From Candidatus Latescibacterota bacterium (GTDB taxonomy: Bacteria > Latescibacterota > UBA2968 > GCA-2709665): 64,000 nt of DNA. The notes below the pieces were generated by a model. It was not told where the DNA came from and did no database searches. It saw nothing but the letters and a program-made list of their open reading frames with translations. The stretch spans positions 5,280,001-5,344,000 of the forward strand of contig CBDCOX010000002.1 of assembly GCA_965219995.1 (NCBI GenBank). The letters run 5' to 3'. The position numbers and the translations under genes were made by a program. Of this stretch, positions 50,541 through 58,625 are shown in pieces; the first letter of the stretch is position 1, and each line of letters begins with the position of its first letter.

Positions 50541-52112
50541 TCAATCCTGACGCACCGTTTCCCCGGGGGGCGGGGCGTCGACTCCGGCCGCACAAGCCTC
50601 GCCGGCGTGCAGGGCGAGGACGCACGCCATGAGCCCCCTGCGCGTGCCGGGCGCCGTCTGGCCCATGTGGCCGCCCGTGGTGAGGTGCAGGCCGGCATTG
50701 GGGAGCTTCTCCGCCCACACCCTGTTGTAGGGCGTGCCGACCTCGGTGACGCCGGTGAAGAACTCGACCCGGGGCGCGATGTCGAAGACGTCGAAACCCC
50801 ATCCGGAACGGTCCAGCACGAATCCCACTTCGCGGAGGAATGCGTCCGATGCGAACTCGGTCGCCGCGAAGTACGCCCGCACGACCTCCGTTTCGGTGTC
50901 TTCCGGAAACTGCCCGAAGGGGTCGGACGCCCGGAACGCCGCGAGTTCCTCGTCGCCGGCGGTTGCGAGCGACGCGCTCGAACTCCGTGTTCCCTCCACC
51001 CACGCCGCGGCTCCCGACTCGGCGAGCGGGTGGTAGATGGGCGTCAGGGCCCAGGCCTCTTCGTCGTCGAACACCGGCGTCGCCGGGTTGAGGGGCATGG
51101 CGCCGGCGATGCGTTCCGGCAGTGCGTGCGCCAGGGCGAGCGCGAACATGCCCCCGTTGGAGTTGCCCATCACCACGACCCGCGGGAGCTTGAGCGCATC
51201 GAGAAGCTGCACGAAGTCGTCGTGGTAGCCGGCGACGGTGAACCCCTCGTGACCGGTGGAGCCGCCGACCCCCGGACGGGAGACCGAGATCACGCGCACG
51301 CCCGCGGACAGCGCGTCGCGATGGTAGACGGCCCCCGAACGATGGTTGGCGCCGCCGCCGTGCAGTTCGACGACGGGCGCACCGGCCGGATCGCCGTATT
51401 CGGCGTAGACGAGCGTGCGGCCGTCGCGCAGGGTCAGGTCGTGCACGCGACCCTCATCGGCGGCGACCTCGGCCAGCGTCGGTACGGCGCCGTCCAGGTG
51501 CTCCGTTATCCGGTCCTGCAGGGCGGCGTGAAGCCGGCCAAGCACGACGAGGTGGCCCTGGAGTCTTCGCACTTTCGGCAGGGCGTCCGCCACATCGTCC
51601 TCGCCGACGCCGGCGACATTCGCCGCGTCCTCGACGATCCAGTCCCAGACCATCGCGTACCGCTCGAAGGTGTCGTACAGCGTGGCCCGTTCGATCAGCC
51701 AGCCGTATTCGAGATAGGGGGCGGCCCGGCTCGTCTGCGCCACCCGCCAGGCCGCGGTCGAGATTCTCGGATACGGGAGGTCCACCTCCACCTGCGATTC
51801 CAGCAGCGATTCCAGCAGCGCTTCCAGCCCAGCGCCATCGCGCTGCGCCTGGCGCAACAACCCCACCAACCGGTCGACCGCCGCGATCCCGGCGGTGAGT
51901 CCGGCCTCGGCGTCCTGGAGTTGGGCCAGGTTCCCCTCGACCTCGGCTTCCACCGCGACGCGCACCTCGGCGGCGGTCGCCAGGAGTTCCCGCTCGTCCC
52001 ACCATTCTTCGGCTCCGAGGGCGAGCAGGACCGCGAACACGATCAGGATCGCCTGTATGGAGAGGTCGACGACCCGCTCCCGCAGCCTGTGGGTCCAGGC
52101 CGAGGCGTTCAC
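50541..52112 (-). CDS. Fusion of a membrane-anchored helical domain and an alpha/beta hydrolase
   Basis: ILIVFAVLLAL..EEW; LRDGRTLVYAEYGDP, HGG, RPGVGGS, GNSNGG, GGH; GTGA overlap with pip stop. Confidence 0.8.
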   Translation of the reverse strand: MNASAWTHRLRERVVDLSIQAILIVFAVLLALGAEEWWDERELLATAAEVRVAVEAEVEGNLAQLQDAEAGLTAGIAAVDRLVGLLRQAQRDGAGLEALLESLLESQVEVDLPYPRISTAAWRVAQTSRAAPYLEYGWLIERATLYDTFERYAMVWDWIVEDAANVAGVGEDDVADALPKVRRLQGHLVVLGRLHAALQDRITEHLDGAVPTLAEVAADEGRVHDLTLRDGRTLVYAEYGDPAGAPVVELHGGGANHRSGAVYHRDALSAGVRVISVSRPGVGGSTGHEGFTVAGYHDDFVQLLDALKLPRVVVMGNSNGGMFALALAHALPERIAGAMPLNPATPVFDDEEAWALTPIYHPLAESGAAAWVEGTRSSSASLATAGDEELAAFRASDPFGQFPEDTETEVVRAYFAATEFASDAFLREVGFVLDRSGWGFDVFDIAPRVEFFTGVTEVGTPYNRVWAEKLPNAGLHLTTGGHMGQTAPGTRRGLMACVLALHAGEACAAGVDAPPPGETVRQD

Positions 52113-53056
52113 CGGGTCAGCAGATCGTGAAGCTCGTCGCCGGCTCTCACGATTTCCCGCAGCAGGTTGTGTTCCGTCGGCATGTGGCTCGCGTTCTCGA
52201 CGATGCGCAGGTCGGCGTGGGGCACCGCGGCCTGGAACGCGAACGCGGTGCTCGGGGGCGTGCACATGTCGAAACGCCCCTGCCGGACGATCACCGGGAT
52301 GCCGGCTAGGCGCGAAGCGTTGCCGATCAGTTGATTCGGCTCGAGGAAACAGTCGTTGACCATGTAGTGGGCCATGATGCGGCTGAAGACCTCCGGGTCA
52401 TAGCCGCCGGCGGTCGCTGTCGGCGGGTGCAGGTGCATCAGGACCTGTTCGTAGTCGTGCAGGCGCACGGCCGCGTCGCGCGCCGCCTCCGCATCGTCGC
52501 CCAGGATGCGCCGCCAGAGGGTGCCGCCGATGTCCCGCATCTCCGCGTCCGACATCCCCGCGACGACTTCCGCGTAGCACTCCGGAAAGATGTGCCGCCC
52601 GCAGTCGAACCAGAAGTCCAGGCTCTTCGGGTCGCCGAGCCACATGCAGAAGAGCAGGAGCGCCCGGGTCCGCTCCGGGTGGCTCTCGGCGTAGGCGATC
52701 GACAGGGTCGAGCCCCAGGACCCGCCCGCGACCACCCACCGGTCGATGCCTAGCTGCTCGCGCAGGGCTTCCATGTCGCCAATGGACAGCCAGGCCGTGT
52801 TCTCCGCGAGTTCCCCGGCGGGCTCCGACACCCCGTTCCCCGGCTGGTCGATCTGGACCATGCGCCACCTGTCGAGGTCGAACATGGTGCGGTAGAAGGC
52901 CTTGTTCTGCCCGCCCGGCCCGCCGTGGCTCATGATCAGCGGCATGCCGTCCGGATTGCCGCTTACCGCCCACCGGATGCGGTGGGGTCCGCGCTCGATG
53001 ACCCCCGTGAGGTCCGCCCCGCGCTCCGGGTAGTTGTACGCGTCGAGTCGTCTCAC
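52109..53056 (-). CDS. pip: Proline iminopeptidase-like (S33) hydrolase
   Basis: SGNPDG, HGGPG, GGSWGSTL, QGRFDMCTP, ASH. Confidence 0.85.
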   Translation of the reverse strand: MRRLDAYNYPERGADLTGVIERGPHRIRWAVSGNPDGMPLIMSHGGPGGQNKAFYRTMFDLDRWRMVQIDQPGNGVSEPAGELAENTAWLSIGDMEALREQLGIDRWVVAGGSWGSTLSIAYAESHPERTRALLLFCMWLGDPKSLDFWFDCGRHIFPECYAEVVAGMSDAEMRDIGGTLWRRILGDDAEAARDAAVRLHDYEQVLMHLHPPTATAGGYDPEVFSRIMAHYMVNDCFLEPNQLIGNASRLAGIPVIVRQGRFDMCTPPSTAFAFQAAVPHADLRIVENASHMPTEHNLLREIVRAGDELHDLLTR

Positions 53057-53066
53057 GGTGCGTCTC

Positions 53067-53729
53067 TCAGTCCTCCGTGAACGCCTCCGGCGCGAAGATC
53101 GTCTCCCCGAGGACCGACGCGAACGTCAGTTCGCCGCGGGGCGTCTCGATGCGGAGTTCGAAGCCGGGCGCGTCGCCGGCGACGACCGTGACCGGCATGT
53201 CGAGGCCGCGATAGATCGCCGCGAGACGCTCCGGCTCGGGGTGCACCGCGCGGAACGCAAGGAGCCGCAATCCCTGGGCCGATGTCTCCGCCGGGTGCGG
53301 CGTCTCGCCCCAGTCGATGTAGAAGGGCACCTGGTCCCCCTGGTCGTGCCCGACGAGATAGAGCCCGCTCCAGGAGAGCAGGACGCCGTCCGGCGTTGCC
53401 CTGGACCCCTCGGCGGGGCCCAGGGTGGACAGGCCCGCCGCCTCCGCCGCCGCGACCGTGGCCGCCATGTCTTCCGTTCTCAGGGCGAAGCTCGCGATGT
53501 GCGGTTCCCCGTAGGAGACGAGCCTCGCCCCAAGACCCCGCGGCTCGTCGAGATCCGGGTCCGGCGCGATGAACTCGAGGTAGACCCCCTCCCCGACCGA
53601 GGCCAGCAGGTTGGCGGTGCCGAGCCCGGGATGGGCCCCGCCGACGGTGAGTTCCACGCCCGTCTCTTCTTCGAATCGGCCCTTGAACGTTTCGAGATCG
53701 GCGATGAGGAGAATGATGTGGTCGAGCAT
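53067..53729 (-). CDS. VOC/glyoxalase-like family protein, copy 1
   Basis: LDHI, GGAHPGLGTAN, YLEFI, PFYIDW..HP. Confidence 0.9.
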   Translation of the reverse strand: MLDHIILLIADLETFKGRFEEETGVELTVGGAHPGLGTANLLASVGEGVYLEFIAPDPDLDEPRGLGARLVSYGEPHIASFALRTEDMAATVAAAEAAGLSTLGPAEGSRATPDGVLLSWSGLYLVGHDQGDQVPFYIDWGETPHPAETSAQGLRLLAFRAVHPEPERLAAIYRGLDMPVTVVAGDAPGFELRIETPRGELTFASVLGETIFAPEAFTED

Positions 53730-53749
53730 GTCCGTGGTTCCTTGTTCCT

Positions 53750-53992
53750 CTAGTCCCCTGGGCCTTCGACCCGGTACGCCCGCCGGATCGCCACCGGCTC
53801 CTCCAGGATCTGCCCTTGCAGGATCTCGATGGCTGTCGAGGCATCGCTCGGCAACCGCTGCATCCGTTCCAGCACCCGCAGGCCGCGCAGCACCCGGCCG
53901 AACGTCGCGTAGCCCTGCCCGTCGAGGCGTTCGGCCTCGTAACCCGTATCGAGGACGGGGTTGTCCTGGATGTTGAAGAAGAAACTCCGAGT
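53750..53992 (-). pseudogene. Orphan cyclophilin C-terminal fragment
   Basis: FFFNIQDNPVLD..GYATFGRV, near-identical to the end of 56232-58403. Confidence 0.88.
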
Positions 53993-54089
53993 AATGGGCC
54001 ATGATGCGGCTGAAGACCTCCGGGTCATAGCCGCCGGCGGTCGCTGTCGGCGGGTGCAGGTGCATCAGGACCTGTTCGTAGTCGTGCAG
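53991..54089. repeat. 99-bp copy of internal pip segment 52364-52462
   Basis: One mismatch by manual comparison. Confidence 0.93.
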
Positions 54090-54210
54090 TCGAATCCGCG
54101 CGAGCCGTCAGAGCGCGACAGGTTCGTCAGGTGCGCCGTCGGGCTCGACAGGGGCTCATCGCCACGAGCGCCACTCGACCGCCATGCCCAGGCGCCGCTC
54201 GCGGGCGCCC

Positions 54211-54558
54211 CTACTCCGGTCGGCGCAGCACGCCGGCCACGCGCGCCTTGAAGTCCGAACCGCCGTCCGCGCTCAGGATCAGATCGGCAACCGCGCCGAG
54301 CCGGTCCCAGTCCTCGGTGTCGCGAAGCATGGCCTCGAGCTCGCCGCCGACGGCCTCGCCGAAACGCTGCGCTGCCTGACGCCGCAGCACGGCGCGCTGC
54401 CGCGCGACGCCCTCCTGACGTCCCTCCGCCACGCCCTCTTGACGTCCCTCCACCACACCCTCGCGACGTCCCTGCGCCACGCCCTCGCGCCGTCCCTCGG
54501 CCACGCCCTCGCGGCGCCACCGCACGGACCACTCCCCCATCCGTTCCGCCAGGGTCAT
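54211..54558 (-). CDS. Putative intragenic small antitoxin (RpnS-like), internal start
   Basis: AGGGAGG (54570-54564) 5 nt before in-frame ATG of MTLAERM. Confidence 0.6.
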   Translation of the reverse strand: MTLAERMGEWSVRWRREGVAEGRREGVAQGRREGVVEGRQEGVAEGRQEGVARQRAVLRRQAAQRFGEAVGGELEAMLRDTEDWDRLGAVADLILSADGGSDFKARVAGVLRRPE

Positions 54559-55263
54559 CGTCGCCTCCCTCAACGTCTCGCCCAACTCCACCGGCGCGCC
54601 CGGCGCCAGCCGCTCCACCGCCGCCGCCAGCCAGTCCCGGAACGCGCGGCCCAAGTCCCCGTCCTCCGGCTGCCGCAGCCAGGCGTCCAGCGCCCGCGCC
54701 GCCCGCGCCAGATCGCCCGGCGTCCGGCTCTGCTCGAAGCCCACCACGCCGCGCAGCAGGTTCCCGGGCGGCAAATCGTCCGCCACCACCCGGCGTTCGT
54801 CAAGAACCAGCGAGCGTTGCGACGGCTGATGCGGAACCAGCGCCGCCGGCATCGGACCGAACAGGTCGCGCATCTCCAGCGCCGCCGCCCACGGCGCCGC
54901 GCCGTTGTACAGCACCAGCGGCAGCACCGCCGGCCAGCCGCCCGGCGGCCCGAGCTCGCCGCGCCGGTCCAACGCCCCGTACAGCAGCGCCGTGTACTCC
55001 AGGTTGCGCAGCGCCATGCGGGCGTCCTTCTCCGACTGGAACTCCAGCAACAGCAGCAGGTACAGCCAGCCGCCGCGGAACCGCACGCGCCACACGGCAT
55101 CGCCGCGCCGCTGCTGCCACCGGTCGCCGACGTACTCGGCCGGGAGCTTCTCCAGCGTGTCGAAGTCGATGTCGCCGAGCCAGCCCGGTTGACCCACGGC
55201 GCGCAGCAGGTCGGCCGTCATGCGCGGGAACGAGAACAGCCGCCTGTAGATCGGATCGTTCAC
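54211..55263 (-). CDS. Rpn/YhgA-like PD-(D/E)XK nuclease
   Basis: DPIYRRLFS, RRGDAVW, LLEFQS, MALR, PLVLYNG; 24-bp repeats encoding EGVAEGRR. Confidence 0.92.
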   Translation of the reverse strand: MNDPIYRRLFSFPRMTADLLRAVGQPGWLGDIDFDTLEKLPAEYVGDRWQQRRGDAVWRVRFRGGWLYLLLLLEFQSEKDARMALRNLEYTALLYGALDRRGELGPPGGWPAVLPLVLYNGAAPWAAALEMRDLFGPMPAALVPHQPSQRSLVLDERRVVADDLPPGNLLRGVVGFEQSRTPGDLARAARALDAWLRQPEDGDLGRAFRDWLAAAVERLAPGAPVELGETLREATMTLAERMGEWSVRWRREGVAEGRREGVAQGRREGVVEGRQEGVAEGRQEGVARQRAVLRRQAAQRFGEAVGGELEAMLRDTEDWDRLGAVADLILSADGGSDFKARVAGVLRRPE

Positions 55264-55515
55264 GGAGCCACCTTAGCGGCCCCGCCAGGGCGTGGCTTGG
55301 GGCGATCTTCCCGCCTGGCGCGGGACATCCACCCTCCGCGGCGTGCGACATCGGCCGCCTGCCGCGTGCGACATCCGCTGGCCCGGGCCGGCGGACGGCC
55401 GCGGCCATCAGTCGATCACCGCCTCGTTCGAGAGGGCGCTCCACGCGCCGTCCTCGTTCACCGAGCACGCGCGCATCGTGCAGGCGCCTGCCGAGAGGCT
55501 CGACCAGCAGAACGA

Positions 55516-56472
55516 TGTGCGCGTCGAGTCGTCTCACCGTGCGCCTCTCAGTCCTCCGTGAACGCCTCAGGCGCGAAGATCGTCTCCCCGAGGGTAGACG
55601 TAAACGTCAGTTCGCCGCGGGGCGTCTTGATGCGGAGTTCGAAGCCGGGCGCGTCGCCGGCGACGACGGTGACCGGCATGTCGAGGCCGCGATAGATCGC
55701 CGCGAGACGCTCCGGCTCGGGGTGCACCGCGCGGAACGAAAGGAGTCGCAATCCCTGGGCGGACGTCTCCGCCGGGTGAGGCGTCTCGCCCCAGTCGATG
55801 TAGAAGGGCACCTGGTCCCCCTGGTCGTGCCCGACGAGGTAGAGCCCGCTCCAGGAAAGCAGGACGCCGTCCGGCGTTTCCCAGGACCCCGCGGCGGGGC
55901 CCAGGGTGGACAGGCCCGCCGCCTCCGCCGCCGCGACCGTGGCCACCATGTCTTCCGTTCTCAGGGCGAAGCTCGCGATGTGCGGTTCCGCGTAGGAGAC
56001 GAGCCTGGCGCCAAAACCCCGCGGCTCGTCGAGATCCGGGTCCGGCGCGACGAACTCGAGGTAGACCCCCTCGCCAACCGAGGCCAGCAGGTTGGCCACG
56101 CCGAGGCTCGGGTGGGCCCCGCCGACGGTGAGTTCCAGGCCCGTCTCGGCTTCGAATCGGCTCTTGAACGTTTCGAGATCGGCGATGAGGAGAATGATGT
56201 GGTCGAGCATGTCCGTGACTCCCTTGTTCCTCTAGTCCCCTGGGCTTTCGACCCGGTACGCCCGCCGGATCGCCACCGGCTCCTCCAGGATCTGCCCTTG
56301 CAGGATCTCGATGGCTGTCGGGGCATCGCTCGGCAACCGCTGCATCCGTTCCAGCACCCGCAGGCCGCGCAGCACCCGGCCGAACGTCGCGTAGCCCTCC
56401 CCGTCGAGGCGTTCGGCCTCGTACCCCGTATCGAGGACGGGGTTGTCCTGGATGTTGAAGAAGAACTCCGAG
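55516..56472. repeat. ~0.96-kb direct duplication, copy 2
   Basis: Colinear with 53035-53992. Confidence 0.95.
55548..56210 (-). CDS. VOC/glyoxalase-like family protein, copy 2
   Basis: 220 aa; 16 differences from copy 1. Confidence 0.9.
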   Translation of the reverse strand: MLDHIILLIADLETFKSRFEAETGLELTVGGAHPSLGVANLLASVGEGVYLEFVAPDPDLDEPRGFGARLVSYAEPHIASFALRTEDMVATVAAAEAAGLSTLGPAAGSWETPDGVLLSWSGLYLVGHDQGDQVPFYIDWGETPHPAETSAQGLRLLSFRAVHPEPERLAAIYRGLDMPVTVVAGDAPGFELRIKTPRGELTFTSTLGETIFAPEAFTED

Positions 56473-58403
56473 TTCGCGGTTCCGGGTTCCAGGCGCGCGA
56501 ACGCGATGCTGCCGCGTTCGTTCGGGATTCCCGTCCGGTCGGTGGTCTCGTGCGCGACGGGCGGCAAGGGGGCTTCCGCCTCCGAGAACGCTTCCATGGC
56601 CTCGCCTTCCGCGTTCATCGCCTCCCCCAGCAAACCCCCTTGAACCACCCCTATCGAACTGTCCCCAGACCCCCGGGTGACCCGGTAGAAGCTCGCGCCG
56701 TCGTAGTGCCCGCCATCCACGTGGGCCAGGAACTGTCCCGCCGACAGGGGCGCGCGTTCGGGGTACAGCGCGACTTCGATGTCGCCCAGGGAGGTTTCCA
56801 ACACCACCCGCACCGTCCGGTCCAGGGGGTTGGCCGCCAGCCACCAAGCGCGCAGGTCGTCGAGGCGGTCCGGCCGCACCGCGCCCGCGTATCGGGCGAA
56901 CTCGGCGTCGGGGAACCCGTTGTCGAGACCGCGCAGGTACCGGTCGAAGAACCCGTGCACGAAGTCGTTCTGCGCGCCGATGATGGTCTCGGCCGCGATG
57001 CCCCCGAACAGCGGCGTGCGCCACGGCGTGCGCATGAACAGCGCGAAGTCGGACACCCCGAGATGGGTGACGTCGTCCACCACCAGGCGATGGACGTCGG
57101 ACCGCAGTCCCGCCGTTTCGTGGCGCTCGTAGGAGAAGTCGTTGAAGCCGTGGCCGGAGGCGTCCGGGTCTCCAGCGATCATGGCCGCGACCGTGTCCAC
57201 GTCCGAATAGAACATGAGGAAGGGGACGGGGATGTTGCTATGGAAGGGCCGGAAGTCGTAATCGCCGCCGTCGAGGTTGACCGCAGCCCCGCAGCGGGGA
57301 TCGACCATGCAGACCCCGCCCGTGGTCGAGCCGCCGAAGGACATGCCGATCTCGCCGACGGAGGAGAGGTCCCCGGCGGCGACGATGCCGGCCACGTCCT
57401 CGGGCACGTCGACGGCCTCGAGCCGGTCATGCACGAAGATGCGGTCCGCCCGCCAGACGTCGGCGCTCACGGAGGCGATGCGCTGTCCCTCCGCGACGGA
57501 CTCCTCGTAGTAGGCCCGGGTCGCCCGGCGCCGCTCGTCGAACGTGCCTCCGACGAAGCTCGCGACCTGCTCTTCCGGCATCTGCGCCGCCAGCTCCCGC
57601 ATCTCGCGGAGCAGGGCCGGGTCCATCGGCGCGACGTCGCCGTTCGGAAAGACCACGGGCGACGAGTCGTGGGTGTGCTGCACGGAATAGACGACGTAGC
57701 CATGGCTTGCGAGTTCTTCCATGAGCGCCGTGTTCTGGCCGAGAAACGACGTGTAGCCGTGGCTGTAGATCACGACCGGCTGGTTCGCCGCGCCGTCCAT
57801 GAGCGGCGCGTTCTGGTACGAATTCGTCGAACTGTGCTTGAGGTATTGGAAGAAGAAGGGCATACCCATCGTGCTTCCCAGTCCACTGGCGGTGGTGGCG
57901 GCCTCTCGGTCGTCGAAGTAGGGGCGCGGGCTCAGCCCCGCGACGTCTCCGGCGGGGTACCAGACGTGCACCAGCAGGCGTCTCGGCTCGTCGTCGCCGG
58001 CGGCCAGCACGCCCGTGCGCGCGGGGTCGGCCAGCTCGAAGTCCCGCACGCCGACCGGATGCTCGCCGGTCGGAGCGGGGAGCGTGGTGACCACGAAGAC
58101 GAACAGCGGCCCGCACGCGGCGACCCCCAGGATCGTCAGCAGCGAACCGCTCACGTAGGGTACGCGCAGCGGCTTCCTGCCCTCGCGGCGCTTGCCGAGC
58201 CACGCCCCAACCAGCAGCAGCACGGCGACGACGATGGGGCCCGCCGCCTGCCAGCGATGGTCCATGACCGCTACGACGCCCACGACCAGCGCCACGAGCG
58301 ATGCCACGACGACGATGCGCCGGCGTGCCCCAACGCCCGTCGCCCACCAGGCCCCGATGGCGACGGCCAACGCAGCGCAGAGTATCCAGTCGATCAGCAG
58401 CAC
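56232..58403 (-). CDS. Membrane-anchored PAF-AH-like alpha/beta hydrolase fused to a cyclophilin PPIase domain
   Basis: About four TM segments; LPAPTG..VG, VWYP, YSHG, GMSFGG, NLDG; ETSLGDI..APLSA..FYRV..QGG..AFAR..SEFF..FGRV. Confidence 0.88.
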   Translation of the reverse strand: MLLIDWILCAALAVAIGAWWATGVGARRRIVVVASLVALVVGVVAVMDHRWQAAGPIVVAVLLLVGAWLGKRREGRKPLRVPYVSGSLLTILGVAACGPLFVFVVTTLPAPTGEHPVGVRDFELADPARTGVLAAGDDEPRRLLVHVWYPAGDVAGLSPRPYFDDREAATTASGLGSTMGMPFFFQYLKHSSTNSYQNAPLMDGAANQPVVIYSHGYTSFLGQNTALMEELASHGYVVYSVQHTHDSSPVVFPNGDVAPMDPALLREMRELAAQMPEEQVASFVGGTFDERRRATRAYYEESVAEGQRIASVSADVWRADRIFVHDRLEAVDVPEDVAGIVAAGDLSSVGEIGMSFGGSTTGGVCMVDPRCGAAVNLDGGDYDFRPFHSNIPVPFLMFYSDVDTVAAMIAGDPDASGHGFNDFSYERHETAGLRSDVHRLVVDDVTHLGVSDFALFMRTPWRTPLFGGIAAETIIGAQNDFVHGFFDRYLRGLDNGFPDAEFARYAGAVRPDRLDDLRAWWLAANPLDRTVRVVLETSLGDIEVALYPERAPLSAGQFLAHVDGGHYDGASFYRVTRGSGDSSIGVVQGGLLGEAMNAEGEAMEAFSEAEAPLPPVAHETTDRTGIPNERGSIAFARLEPGTANSEFFFNIQDNPVLDTGYEAERLDGEGYATFGRVLRGLRVLERMQRLPSDAPTAIEILQGQILEEPVAIRRAYRVESPGD

Positions 58404-58418
58404 GCGGTCGCTCCTTCT

Positions 58419-58477
58419 TCTTGCGAGGGGTGCCCCCTGCGCGGGCCGCCCTCGCGCTCCCCGGCTGAGGGCTCTTT
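58419..58477. repeat. Dispersed copy of the REP-like unit
   Basis: tcttgcgaggggtgccccct..cgcgctccccggctgagggctcttt matches the 33027-33124 units, with an internal insertion. Confidence 0.85.
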
Positions 58478-58625
58478 ACCTGCAAATCAGACGCGCAGCG
58501 GGCGCGCCACCCTCAGCGGAAGATACACCGCGGTTCTGGTCTACCGCTCCCAGTCGCGTCTATTCTCCCGCGAGGAATCTCCCGCGACGAACAACCCAGC
58601 CTCATCCGAACCAAAGGAACACGCC

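Larger units (their letters stand above)
53035..53992. repeat. ~0.96-kb direct duplication, copy 1 (copy 2 at 55516-56472)
   Basis: Covers pip start, VOC gene and cyclophilin 3' end; colinear with copy 2 at offset ~2480. Confidence 0.95.

Noticed and set aside
54405-54520. 24-bp tandem repeats as a CRISPR array
   Set aside because: No spacers; in-frame coding repeats typical of Rpn
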